From IMG/VR virus record IMGVR_UViG_3300045988_100094: a stretch of DNA of 34,856 nt; one strand, written 5' to 3'. The position numbers and the translations under genes are program-made. Position 1 is the stretch's first letter. Each line of letters opens with the position of its first letter. This document shows, in pieces, positions 1-9,131 of this stretch. Source of the stretch: a virus. The notes beneath the pieces are model-generated. The model searched no databases. It saw only the letters and a list, made by a program, of their open reading frames with translations, and had not been told where the DNA came from.

Positions 1-51
1 CGTCTACCGCCTTTCAATACCTGACTTGTCAGGAATCAACCGAATGAAAAG
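1..51. repeat. Left copy of 51-nt terminal direct repeat (candidate att core / circular overlap)
   Basis: Identical base for base to 34806-34856. Contains the imperfect palindrome CCTGAC-TT-GTCAGG at 20-33. Runs into the window edge, so true length is unknown. Confidence 0.85.
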
Positions 52-78
52 CCTGATTTTACAGGCTTTTTGTTTTTT
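47..78 (+). terminator. Rho-independent terminator
   Basis: 9-bp stem AAAAGCCTG (47-55) / CAGGCTTTT (62-70), 6-nt loop, then TTTTTGTTTTTT. Nested inside a 9-bp inverted repeat AACCGAATG (38-46) / CATTCGGTT (81-89). Confidence 0.8.
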
Positions 79-114
79 CTCATTCGGTTAAATTCGGCAA
101 AACATGGTAAAGTT

Positions 115-136
115 GGTGGGCAAATGGTGGGCAAAT
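115..136 (+). repeat. Tandem 11-mer GGTGGGCAAAT x2 (candidate integrase arm-type binding sites)
   Basis: GGTGGGCAAATGGTGGGCAAAT. The 21-mer GTGGGCAAATGGTGGGCAAAT recurs at 34749-34769, immediately after the int stop codon. Confidence 0.6.
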
Positions 137-189
137 TTATTAAGATTTTCATTTCAATCGTCTCCTAACTGTCTATTCGCAAAAAGTTT

Positions 190-220
190 CAAAAAATAAT
201 TTCCTTTATAAGGGAAATTT
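190..220 (-). terminator. Probable terminator of the abi gene
   Basis: On the minus strand: AATTTCC / GGAAATT 7-bp stem (198-204 / 213-219), 8-nt loop, followed by ATTTTTT. The stem is AT-rich and therefore weak. Confidence 0.4.
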
Positions 221-313
221 GTAAAAATAGCCTTTTTAATGGAAATAAACTGATGTTTTTAGGAGAATCCTTTTTAGTGAACTAAATTTTAATACATATG
301 TATTATTTTTTCT

Positions 314-1273
314 TTATTTTTTTATCTTTTTATCTTGTTTTATTTTTTCGAGGGTATTTAAAGCTTTAAATCCATAATAATTAGCTGTTGCTTCATCTCT
401 AATTAATTTGTCAAGAGATCCTATAATCTCTTTAAATTGATATTTTGGATTAATTTGGTCCATCATTTCTAGAATAATCAAAAATGGTAATGCTATCCTA
501 TTTGAATAAACACCAGATTTGTACTCAAATAGGAAATTTTTCCACTCTTTTTTTATTGATGGTGTTGTTGTCAATTTTAAATCTATAATATTGGAGTTAT
601 GAGCACAGATATTTCTTACTAAATTAATACATCTCAACCACGACAATAATTCGGAATTGCTACATGAAAATTGTTGTGATATTTTTGTTAAATTTTTCAC
701 AGACATTAGTTCCAACAAAGCAACTACTTGCCCAAAAGTAAGAGAATTAACCATTAACCAAACTGGAGGAAATTTTGTTTTATCAATTTTTTGCTTCTCT
801 TTAATCTCAAATGACTCAGAATTATTTATTGTAGAGAGAAGTTTCTTTTTGAAGTCATTTTGTCTATACAATAAATAATGCTTACAATACTCTTCTTTAT
901 TACACCATTTTGAAAAGTCTAAGTAACCGTAACTACCTAACCCATTCTTACCTAAGATATAAGCGACTCGAGTTTTTAGCGCTACTTCGATATCCTCTAT
1001 TGCATGTAACAAATGCAATCGTAAATTTTTATCCTGATAATAACGTGAAATCACAATTTCGAATTTAGTATTTTGATAATCAATAATTCTTTTGTTATTA
1101 ATCTTTTTTGTGACTGCAAAAGGTTTTGCAAATTCCTTTATTCTATAATATGAGATGATTGACAAGCTATGGGCGGCTTTTTCTTTTGATTTTTTATTAG
1201 AAAAAAGCATTGAGCGTGATTCGAGTAAATCAATTTGTTCTTCAAATGTTTTATGTATAAACTTACTTTTCAT
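314..1273 (-). CDS. Abortive-infection protein, Abi_2 (AbiD/AbiF-like) family with HEPN Rx4H motif
   Basis: Track ORF 314-1318. The family-typical layout is recalled from AbiD/AbiF proteins. C-terminal RNICAH matches the Rx4H HEPN signature. The track start at 1318 is TTG, and I prefer ATG at 1273 (MKSKFIHKTF...). Confidence 0.75.
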   Translation of the reverse strand: MKSKFIHKTFEEQIDLLESRSMLFSNKKSKEKAAHSLSIISYYRIKEFAKPFAVTKKINNKRIIDYQNTKFEIVISRYYQDKNLRLHLLHAIEDIEVALKTRVAYILGKNGLGSYGYLDFSKWCNKEEYCKHYLLYRQNDFKKKLLSTINNSESFEIKEKQKIDKTKFPPVWLMVNSLTFGQVVALLELMSVKNLTKISQQFSCSNSELLSWLRCINLVRNICAHNSNIIDLKLTTTPSIKKEWKNFLFEYKSGVYSNRIALPFLIILEMMDQINPKYQFKEIIGSLDKLIRDEATANYYGFKALNTLEKIKQDKKIKK

Positions 1274-1349
1274 TATAAACCTATAAAAAAGACCTCCCAT
1301 CAGAACATGTCTGCGCAAAAACGAGGAAGGCCGTTGATATCTTTATTAT

Positions 1350-1378
1350 ATTATATACCTTACTTTATATTTTATCAA
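1350..1378 (-). promoter_or_regulatory. Sigma-70 type promoter for the abi gene
   Basis: Minus strand reads TTGATA (1378-1373), a 17-nt spacer, then TATAAT (1355-1350). It lies between the lysin terminator and the abi start. Confidence 0.7.
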
Positions 1379-1401
1379 CTATTTTTTTAACTTTTTTGCA
1401 A

Positions 1402-1432
1402 AATAAAAAAACCCTAGCAAAAGCTAGGGTTA
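1402..1432 (-). terminator. Rho-independent terminator after the endolysin gene
   Basis: Stem ACCCTAGC (1411-1418) / GCTAGGGT (1423-1430), loop AAAA. On the minus strand a run TTTTTTATTT follows. It lies 25 nt after the lysin stop. Confidence 0.8.
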
Positions 1433-1454
1433 CTTGTTCATTTAAAAAAAGATT

Positions 1455-2270
1455 TTAGCCATGTAACAAATGGTCAACGCTCCAGACGGAGAGCCAAACT
1501 CGACCACTTTCGGCTAGCTCAATGTTACGCCAGTAATAATTGCTTGATCCATAAGCTCCCTCGCCGTCAGAAACCACTTTGCTTGGATTGATGACAAATA
1601 AGCTTCCAACTCTCGTCTCTTGGTCTGCTAACAAATTGCCGTTTTCGTCCACAAGGTCAATGTCTTCGCAGGCAATCCCGTTATCTGTCCAGTCAAAATC
1701 GACTGGGACAAGGTCGTTACAACGTACTTGCCAAATGTCGTTGACAAATTGCAAATCGTCTACGCGATAGATTTTTAGACTTTGCGCTTTATTAGCAAGC
1801 GGAGCTGGTTGTGGCGCTGCAGCTTGTCCGTTTTCGCGAAAAACTGTTTCGCGAGGCCGTCCGTTTAGCTCCCAAATTTGATTATAATCACTTTCTACTA
1901 TTCCATCGTAGCCGTAACTACAATGAATCATTGTTGTAGGACCGGTCATGATTACCACATGCCCAAACGCGCCAAGCGAACTAGAGCCATCGCGAGGGCT
2001 CCAAATCGCCACATCACCATACTCGAAATCAATAGAGCCATCTACGCCATCATAAACACAGTTATAGTTAATTTTAGGTAAATTGCTCTTCAGCGTCTCG
2101 GTGTTGTTGTTAAGGCTCAATCCTAAGGCCTGACTGACAGACGAGCTACAATCATACTCGATGCGTCCGTCTCCGTCTGCATCATTCCCATAGCGATCAC
2201 CCATGTCATAGTGTACAGGAATTGCTTGCAATCTGCGCATCTCTGCAATACTTGATTCAATTCTACTCAT
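1455..2270 (-). CDS. Endolysin: Amidase_5-type N-terminal domain plus C-terminal cell-wall-binding domain
   Basis: The motifs YDCSSS, GHVVIM and IHCSYGYDGI match the pattern recalled for pneumophage Pal-type Amidase_5 lysins. A Pro/Ala linker (AAAPQPAPLA) separates a roughly 110-aa C-terminal domain. It is the last gene of the lysis cassette. Confidence 0.85.
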   Translation of the reverse strand: MSRIESSIAEMRRLQAIPVHYDMGDRYGNDADGDGRIEYDCSSSVSQALGLSLNNNTETLKSNLPKINYNCVYDGVDGSIDFEYGDVAIWSPRDGSSSLGAFGHVVIMTGPTTMIHCSYGYDGIVESDYNQIWELNGRPRETVFRENGQAAAPQPAPLANKAQSLKIYRVDDLQFVNDIWQVRCNDLVPVDFDWTDNGIACEDIDLVDENGNLLADQETRVGSLFVINPSKVVSDGEGAYGSSNYYWRNIELAESGRVWLSVWSVDHLLHG

Positions 2271-2272
2271 GT

Positions 2273-2605
2273 TTATTCTCCTTTTTCTGTTTCTGTTTGC
2301 TTTTCTGTTTCTTCTTTATCTTTGTCATCCTTTACAGTATCGTATCCTAATGCTTGCTCAGAATCACCAAATCCTGATGTTGTAGGATCGGGAATGATAT
2401 TGATGAAGTTAAAGATTGACATTACCAAAATGAATGGATTAGAAAATGCTTTCGCCATCAAATCAAACAACACATTCCAACTTGTAATATCATTAACTTT
2501 AAGTCCATAATATGTAAGAATAGGAATAAATACTGCTACGAATACCCTAGTAACAAATGCTTTGTTCTTTTTAGTAAACCGTATTTTCCAATTAATTTTA
2601 TTCAT
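2273..2605 (-). CDS. Holin (phi-LC3-like family)
   Basis: 110 aa. The N-terminus MNKINWKIRFTKKNKAF is followed by hydrophobic segments and a highly charged C-terminal tail. RBS AAAGGAG lies 7 nt upstream. It sits directly upstream of the lysin. Confidence 0.8.
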   Translation of the reverse strand: MNKINWKIRFTKKNKAFVTRVFVAVFIPILTYYGLKVNDITSWNVLFDLMAKAFSNPFILVMSIFNFINIIPDPTTSGFGDSEQALGYDTVKDDKDKEETEKQTETEKGE

Positions 2606-2623
2606 TATTTTTCTCCTTTTTAT

Positions 2624-2905
2624 TTAATTATTATTGTTTATAATTTTTTTAAGCTCTTTAATATCTTCGCTTAAACCTTTGACTTGTTCAGCTAAAACTA
2701 AAATTGCTTTGTTTTGCTCGTCATGACTATCGAGCCGGCGAGTTGCTGACTTTTTAAACTCTCGAAAGTTTTCAATGTCTTTTTCAAGCACAGTAATTCT
2801 ACGTTCGTGTTTTGCTGCTCGGTCTTTTAGCGACCAGTATAAACCTATCAAAGGGATAATGAAGATGATAACTTGATATACAAAATCATTTCTGACAACA
2901 AACAT
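2624..2905 (-). CDS. Small membrane / coiled-coil protein of the lysis cassette (possible second holin or XhlA-like)
   Basis: N-terminal TM segment (VIIFIIPLIGLYWSL) followed by a charged helical tail. The ATG at 2905 has TAGGTGA 8 nt upstream, whereas the track start at 2917 is GTG. Confidence 0.6.
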   Translation of the reverse strand: MFVVRNDFVYQVIIFIIPLIGLYWSLKDRAAKHERRITVLEKDIENFREFKKSATRRLDSHDEQNKAILVLAEQVKGLSEDIKELKKIINNNN

Positions 2906-2922
2906 ACAAGCAATCACCTACC

Positions 2923-3471
2923 CTAATTTAATTTAGGCATAATCGTTGTACAAGCACCTTTTTGCAGCAACTCTTGCAATGGTTGGCCTTTGTGCGTCCA
3001 ATTATCCAAAAACTTCAAAATGACAGGCGTACCTTGTGGATATTTAGGGTTAGTATCATACGGATATGGTGCACTGACAATGTCCCCAAAACTATAGCGG
3101 ACACCGTCGGTTAGCGTCGGCAAAAGTGATGCAACTTTTTTGTACAAATCTTGCTGCATACCACCCTCGATCGAAATAGCAAGCAGAATCAATACATCTG
3201 TCAATTTTGATGTACGCTCTACGCTATCTTTATTTTTATTTGTTGCGTCTGATGTCTTGTCTAGTTTTTGTTGCATTTCTGCAATAGCTCCTGTTGGATC
3301 AAGTTCAGTCGCTACCATTTTTAAAACTGCGTCTGTCAAAATCTCATCGCTGTCATTCATGCGATCGCCTTCGAGCACACGGTCGTAAGCCGTATAAGGC
3401 TCGTCGCAACGAATAGCAACAAAAGTCTTGTTTGCTTCGCGTAAATATTTATTAGCTACTCTAAATTTCAT
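2923..3471 (-). CDS. Hypothetical phage protein between tail fibre and lysis genes (DUF1366-like by position and recall)
   Basis: 182-aa ORF with good coding context. The family assignment is from memory only. Confidence 0.55.
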   Translation of the reverse strand: MKFRVANKYLREANKTFVAIRCDEPYTAYDRVLEGDRMNDSDEILTDAVLKMVATELDPTGAIAEMQQKLDKTSDATNKNKDSVERTSKLTDVLILLAISIEGGMQQDLYKKVASLLPTLTDGVRYSFGDIVSAPYPYDTNPKYPQGTPVILKFLDNWTHKGQPLQELLQKGACTTIMPKLN

Positions 3472-3498
3472 TTTATTTCTTCTTTCTTTTTTATTTTT

Positions 3499-6400
3499 TT
3501 AATAAGTCCAAATGATTTGGCCGAGATATGGAATACCTCTTTCTGCACCTATAATGTGTAAATCTCCGCCAACATTTAATTGAGCTGTTCGGTCTTTGTT
3601 TCTATCCAAACTCCAAGCTTGGACAGGGAACATTTTATTGCTAGGCACGTACTGCTTTGGGATATCTGCCAAATGATAATCACCATCATGGTCAAATTGT
3701 AAGTTAAAATCGACAAGCACAAGACTGCCTTGTACTTTCCAACGCACTTTGTTGTTGACTTCAGATTGTTTCCAATCTGTGTAATTGTCTGATTTTAGAT
3801 AAAGTTCAGCATTACGACAAGTTATGTATAACGCATCTTTCCCGTCTTCTTTTTTGCCAAAATACATAAGGGATGAGCCGCCTCGAACAAAAGGATGAAT
3901 CCCGTTCATTTCCATATATTTAAGAGAGTGTCCAGCTTCAAGATTTGCAAAAAACAATTCACCGTTTTTAAAATATGAAACAGGTGTGATTGTTGGCGTC
4001 TTATCCTCTTTATTTTCCCGGCCAATTTTGCCATTTGAATAAATACCGCTGCTATTTATCAGTACAGTTGCATCATAGTTATACTCTCCCGGAACTGTCC
4101 CCCAAGTATCATGACTTGGAGAATTCCTGAAACGAGCGGTAAATTCAATTTCTCCCGCTGTGATTTTCCCCAAATCCGAAGCGAGCGCACTCAATTCTTT
4201 AACATTTAGTTTATCCGCTGTGATAGCCCCGTTTACAATCATGTCCGCTTTAACTTTAAGCAATTTAGCGATAATTTCCACCCATTCTGGATGTTGTGCG
4301 ATCATACTAGCCAAAGTCTGGCCGTTCACAACTTTTTCAGCAGTTGAAACAATCCCGTTCTCGTTGACTCTGATTTGATTCTTTTTCACAACGTTATCAT
4401 TCAACTCTTGCACAGTTTGCGTGATTTGATTTGCCCGCTGTTCAAATGTAGCTTGTGAGACTTTGCCATTAACGTCTTGCTTAACTGCCGCAAGTTGTCC
4501 GTCTACCGTTTGCTTATATTCAGCCAGTTTTGTTTCGGTATATTTTTTATTGTCTTCAACAGATGGTGTCCAATTCGTATTTGTTAATTTTGGCCGCTTA
4601 AAGTAAAGCACGCTGTTTGATGTAAAGCCATAGCCGTAAATGTAAAAGCCCATCTCCTTTGAAAAATCGACGTCATCATTTATTTTTAGTTCTAATGATA
4701 TACGAGACCATGCGTTTATGCTCGTGATGTTTTTTCTCGCCCTTCCAGCGTGGAACTCTCGCATTCCTGCTTTGTTGTAATAATAAAAGCCAACTTCAAG
4801 ATGTGTTCCTAAGCCTGTTGCATTAACATCCGCCGAAAAGATATATTTTCCGATGGTATAACGGCTATCGCTTGTGATAAAAATTGGAAGTCCTTTCCAC
4901 TCTCTAACACCGTTCGATTCGTTGAACTCAAATACAGTCTCGCTGAATTTTGTTTCATTGAAATAACCGTGATAATTTGTTTTAGGGTTGGGGATACCAT
5001 CATTGTATGAGCTATACCATTTGTCAAGTGTCTTTACTTTATACGTTTTACCGCCAACAGTAAATTGATTCCCAACGTCAATTAAATTTTTAAAATCAGT
5101 GTTAGGAAGCAAGTTAGTGCCGTTAAGATTTAGTTCTTCAAAACGTCTTGCAACACCTCTTGCGTCTTCCGAATATTGGCTTTTAGCGACATAGCTTTCA
5201 GACGCTTGTTTCCGCAACGCTTCTGCACTGCGTGCTGTTTCTGTGCGTGTGTACTGTTCTAACTGTTCTCTCCGCTTGCCGTCATCTGCTACATAAGATT
5301 TGACGGCGGCCATGTCTGTTTTGAGACCTTCCGCGGTTTTTTCAAACGTTGTGCGTGCTGCAGTAATTTGCTCGTCTGTATCTTCAACAGCTTTAATCCA
5401 CTCTTTGTTGTTGTGGCCGATTCCCCATTTTGGTCTTGATAATTTAATTTGCCCAGTCGCTTGGAAATATAACCCGCCAGCAATTGAAACTATTTGCTTG
5501 CCAGCTGGCAAAACAAAGTTTTGGCTGATCCGTGTCAAAGCAGTGTCGCTTGTCTGAAATACCTCAGTCCATAAATTACTTCCGTCAGAAAACTTAAGCT
5601 CGTAACTAATACCAAAGCGCTTTTTGTCATTTTTTGCTACCATGTTTTGAGCAATCACATCTACTGATAACGTAAAACTACGTTCTGCATTTAGCGTGCG
5701 GATAAGGTCAGATGACAGAGGCAAACCTGTGCCAGTTGTTCTATCCGTGGCTGTAGTCATATCACTATTTAAAATATAGTTTCTGCTTGCAGTACTCAAG
5801 TGACTAATCTCTTCTCGAATTCCATCTGCAGTCTGTTTGACTTCGGATTTGCTGGCTTTGTCACCAAGTTGCCCAGTAATACGAGCTAGATTCTGCGTGT
5901 TGGTCTGCTCGTAGGTCGTCTGCTGATTCCGGATAGCCCCCACGTCTTGTTTGACTTGGTCGATTTTAGCGGAGCTTTCTGATTTCTCCCTGAGTAAATC
6001 TGCTTTAACATCATCTAAACCTTGTCTAGCTTGATTCATTTCTTGTTTAAGCTGATTTAATTCTTTTGGATCTGCAGGATCTCCTTTGTCGCCTTTAGGT
6101 ACGACAATAGACTTGTTATCGCTAAATGTGACTTTCACTCCGTCGGCTTGTCGTTCTGTCTTTGTAATTGTGATAGATTTTCCGGGGTCGCCTTTTGCTC
6201 CGTCATTAATATTGCTAAAAGTGACTTGCTCTCTAGCAACTTCTTTCTCGTCAACTAAAGCAATGGCTGTCAGCACTAGCTTGCTTGACATGCCAGCCGC
6301 TCTAACTTCAAATGTTGCAGATGTTCCAAACGATTGATTATCAACCAGCCACTGCCATGTACACTCAACTCTCTTATTGCCCTTTTTAAGGGTTGGATAG

Positions 6401-7617
6401 ACTATAGATTGCCCTTGGTTATTTTTAAAGATAATCCCATTATTTGTTGCTAACTTAATTGTATAAGGCGTTGCTTCAAGTGCTAGTTGTTCTACTTTTT
6501 GCAACAATTCATTGGCGATCTGGTTCGACTTACGAACATAGTTTGAGAGACTGGTTTTGACATCGCTTGCCTCCAACAAAGATTCTGTTTGCTCACTAAT
6601 CCGAGCTTGTACATAAAGTGGAGGGTCAAAGTGCTGTGCATCAATCAATGTCTTTTTATCACCAATATTACCATCCACTGCTCCCTCTACTTCATAGTCC
6701 ACTTTTAACTCACAGTGTTTCTTTAGCTCAGACAGCATATAACCAAACAGAGCTTCTTTATTAGCATATTCAGTACCGCTATCCTCATTGACGATATACC
6801 CATCATTGGTCTTTCGAGCGATAGATGGGTATTTATCTCTTGCTTGCGGTGCATAGAGTGTATCGCCACTGCTGTAAAAGAGTAAATTCCCCTTGTCGTC
6901 ATAGATTTTTTTATTTAATCCACCTATCGTCAGACCGTCTTTGCCAGTTCTACGAATGCCAGTGTAAAAATCATCCATGTTATCAGAATAATTGATAACC
7001 TTTAGCTTTTCCCCTACCCGGACTGGCATTCCTGTCTTATCTTTACCAAAATTACCTTCTCGGTAGATATTGATGACATGCCGTTTGAGCGAGTAGTCAT
7101 TATTTAGCTCTGTGACAAATTCCAACTCAGCTCCGAAGCCATTGGCAACTGAATAGAGCCGAGCCAAAATGGTATCTGTACCACTCCATTCCAATTTAAG
7201 GGATTTATCTGCCACTTCGTTAATTCCAATTACAAACGAGTTCTCTGGATCGTAATAATCAATATACTGCTTAATCGTCAGGGCACTCGCAGGTTTATGC
7301 GGGCCTCGCTTTTCCTTGTTCGCTTCCAAGCTCAGTGAATAAGCTGTCAACTCAATGTTATAACCTGCCTTTTTGACGCTGTTAATATTCAACCAAAAAT
7401 CCTTGTCTTTGAATCGGAAGGCTAGCTTTTGCCCACTTTGAGCGACCATTTTCTTAGAATGATAGGTCAGGACAAGAACGCTGCAAGAACCTTTTAAAAA
7501 CTGTGTTAAGTTAGCAGCATTGTACTTAATGCCACTTTTATTATCGAAAAAACCGACAACGTGCGTGTCGGTCGTGTCTCTAATGGCAATTCTTACGTTT
7601 CGTTTCACTAAATCCAT
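3499..7617 (-). CDS. Tail fibre / tail-associated host-specificity protein (phage minor structural protein, prophage-tail N-terminal domain)
   Basis: 1372 aa, positioned after Dit. The N-terminus is typical of Siphoviridae Tal proteins. There is central coiled-coil and short collagen-like GXY runs (GAKGDPGKS, GDKGDP). The C-terminal region looks like a receptor-binding domain. Confidence 0.85.
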   Translation of the reverse strand: MDLVKRNVRIAIRDTTDTHVVGFFDNKSGIKYNAANLTQFLKGSCSVLVLTYHSKKMVAQSGQKLAFRFKDKDFWLNINSVKKAGYNIELTAYSLSLEANKEKRGPHKPASALTIKQYIDYYDPENSFVIGINEVADKSLKLEWSGTDTILARLYSVANGFGAELEFVTELNNDYSLKRHVINIYREGNFGKDKTGMPVRVGEKLKVINYSDNMDDFYTGIRRTGKDGLTIGGLNKKIYDDKGNLLFYSSGDTLYAPQARDKYPSIARKTNDGYIVNEDSGTEYANKEALFGYMLSELKKHCELKVDYEVEGAVDGNIGDKKTLIDAQHFDPPLYVQARISEQTESLLEASDVKTSLSNYVRKSNQIANELLQKVEQLALEATPYTIKLATNNGIIFKNNQGQSIVYPTLKKGNKRVECTWQWLVDNQSFGTSATFEVRAAGMSSKLVLTAIALVDEKEVAREQVTFSNINDGAKGDPGKSITITKTERQADGVKVTFSDNKSIVVPKGDKGDPADPKELNQLKQEMNQARQGLDDVKADLLREKSESSAKIDQVKQDVGAIRNQQTTYEQTNTQNLARITGQLGDKASKSEVKQTADGIREEISHLSTASRNYILNSDMTTATDRTTGTGLPLSSDLIRTLNAERSFTLSVDVIAQNMVAKNDKKRFGISYELKFSDGSNLWTEVFQTSDTALTRISQNFVLPAGKQIVSIAGGLYFQATGQIKLSRPKWGIGHNNKEWIKAVEDTDEQITAARTTFEKTAEGLKTDMAAVKSYVADDGKRREQLEQYTRTETARSAEALRKQASESYVAKSQYSEDARGVARRFEELNLNGTNLLPNTDFKNLIDVGNQFTVGGKTYKVKTLDKWYSSYNDGIPNPKTNYHGYFNETKFSETVFEFNESNGVREWKGLPIFITSDSRYTIGKYIFSADVNATGLGTHLEVGFYYYNKAGMREFHAGRARKNITSINAWSRISLELKINDDVDFSKEMGFYIYGYGFTSNSVLYFKRPKLTNTNWTPSVEDNKKYTETKLAEYKQTVDGQLAAVKQDVNGKVSQATFEQRANQITQTVQELNDNVVKKNQIRVNENGIVSTAEKVVNGQTLASMIAQHPEWVEIIAKLLKVKADMIVNGAITADKLNVKELSALASDLGKITAGEIEFTARFRNSPSHDTWGTVPGEYNYDATVLINSSGIYSNGKIGRENKEDKTPTITPVSYFKNGELFFANLEAGHSLKYMEMNGIHPFVRGGSSLMYFGKKEDGKDALYITCRNAELYLKSDNYTDWKQSEVNNKVRWKVQGSLVLVDFNLQFDHDGDYHLADIPKQYVPSNKMFPVQAWSLDRNKDRTAQLNVGGDLHIIGAERGIPYLGQIIWTY

Positions 7618-9131
7618 GCCTCCTCAATTTCAGCTCGTGCGCTCTCTACTTCCGCAAAACTTGACACAAGCAGCTGTACTTTTGTTTTTCCAGGCGGAAC
7701 CTTAAAGTAGTCTGTCCCCAAAATCTCATCATCTGGAGCTAATAAGTTATTGACATACAATCGCCCTTTTTCTTCTGGATTTACTTCTCCTGTTGAATCT
7801 ATAAAAAGTTCTGCTCCTGTCGGATAGCGATTCGGTACGTCACGCCAGTATGGTACGTTTAATTTATAAATGGCAAAATCATTTAAATAATGATGTGTTA
7901 CCAATTCGTTGATAGTCGAGTTTCGCCCTTTATACTGTCCAACGAAAAACTGAACTTTAGCTGCTTGCTTATCCTTGATTTTTGATTCGAAAAAGGAATG
8001 ATAACTACCGTACCAGAAGTAGGTGATTTTATCTCCTTCTTTTCGCAAGTCAAACATATTTCTGTTTTGGTCTTTCCCCTCCAAACTATAAGGGTTATCT
8101 TTGACCCAAAGAGTTGGCGAAAACTCAATGGATTTTACAACTCGACTGCCACCGGCTCCATCTCCCATAAGGAATACAACTAGTGCTTTATTACGTGTTC
8201 GTTCGCTTTTTTCAATCGCCATACCAGCTATAAAATGATTGTCGCTGTCTACAACTGACAAGCACCATGCCCCCGTCTGACTAACATAGCCAGTCTCAAA
8301 CCAAGCACGAGCCCAAATATACCAGTCTTTAGCTTGTTGAGACAGGCTTAACTCTTTGACCGCTCCAAAGTAAGCTCCATCAGCTGTGTTTGTAAAATCT
8401 GCAGACAGCACTCCCAAGCGGCCACCAAGATTGGTATCTGCAGTCATTTTTGTAACAACTTTTTTGTTCTGATTTTCGTAAAAAACAGTACCGTCTGTCC
8501 AGTTGCTAAAATCACCTGTTCCATTTGCGGACAGCAAGACATTCTTTTTATCCTCAACTGAATCAGTTTCTTCAATTTTTCCAAACTGCATTGCTCCATA
8601 TCGACTAGTAATGCCAACAAAGCCTGATTCTCGTTTGAGTTTTATTTTGTAATTCACCGGAATTTCTTCACTGCCGTTATTTTCAATCTCGGCTTCTAAA
8701 ATGCCTTGTTCATTTTTCTTAAACTCAAAATAGCGTGGATGCTTAGAATGCGCCAAACCATCCACAATCGAAAAATTAATTGTCCCTTTGCCGCTGAACT
8801 TGATTTCTTTAAAATCAAGATCTCCGCTCGGAATAGCGTAAAAAACACGATCAGGCAAATGACTGAAAGTCAGCTTTTTCGGCTCGTCCACATTGAGACT
8901 CGTCTGCAGTGCATCATAGTCAGCCACACCTTCATATTTTACATAAAACGGCACAGGAATCTTTTTCAACTTCTTGCGAGTCTTGATAAATTCCGATCCA
9001 TTAAGTATTGGATAGTTATGGAAAGTCGGATCATAGTCTGCACCACCCAAGGCGGTAAATCCATCTAAAACAGTAATCCATTTTGTTAATTCAACATCAT
9101 TAAAATATACTTTTATCAATTCATTTGCCAC
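7608..9131 (-). CDS. Distal tail protein (Dit), long form with insertion domain
   Basis: 507 aa, between the tape measure and Tal. The N-terminus MANELIKVYFNDVEL... is typical of the Sipho_tail family. Its length suggests an added carbohydrate-binding-type insertion. Confidence 0.75.
   Translation of the reverse strand: MANELIKVYFNDVELTKWITVLDGFTALGGADYDPTFHNYPILNGSEFIKTRKKLKKIPVPFYVKYEGVADYDALQTSLNVDEPKKLTFSHLPDRVFYAIPSGDLDFKEIKFSGKGTINFSIVDGLAHSKHPRYFEFKKNEQGILEAEIENNGSEEIPVNYKIKLKRESGFVGITSRYGAMQFGKIEETDSVEDKKNVLLSANGTGDFSNWTDGTVFYENQNKKVVTKMTADTNLGGRLGVLSADFTNTADGAYFGAVKELSLSQQAKDWYIWARAWFETGYVSQTGAWCLSVVDSDNHFIAGMAIEKSERTRNKALVVFLMGDGAGGSRVVKSIEFSPTLWVKDNPYSLEGKDQNRNMFDLRKEGDKITYFWYGSYHSFFESKIKDKQAAKVQFFVGQYKGRNSTINELVTHHYLNDFAIYKLNVPYWRDVPNRYPTGAELFIDSTGEVNPEEKGRLYVNNLLAPDDEILGTDYFKVPPGKTKVQLLVSSFAEVESARAEIEEAWI

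Noticed and set aside
104-199. 31-codon plus-strand ORF (MVKLVGKWWANLLRF...) running through the 11-mer repeats. The same VGKWWAN reading also appears after the int stop.
   Set aside because: The shared peptide is a by-product of the DNA repeat. There is no RBS, and the length is well below what can be supported.
657-878. 73-aa plus-strand ORF inside the abi gene. Similar antisense track ORFs occur at 1579-1770, 1878-2081, 2322-2510, 3140-3388, 4160-4378, 5300-5557, 6086-6337 and 8706-9068.
   Set aside because: Each lies entirely inside a longer, well-supported minus-strand gene. The sequences are low-complexity and lack an RBS. They are typical shadow ORFs.
6066-6210. Collagen-like GXY triplets in the tail fibre (GDKGDP, GAKGDPGKS).
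   Set aside because: Only two or three triplets occur per run, which is too short for a collagen helix. They are common in phage fibres and not a separate feature.
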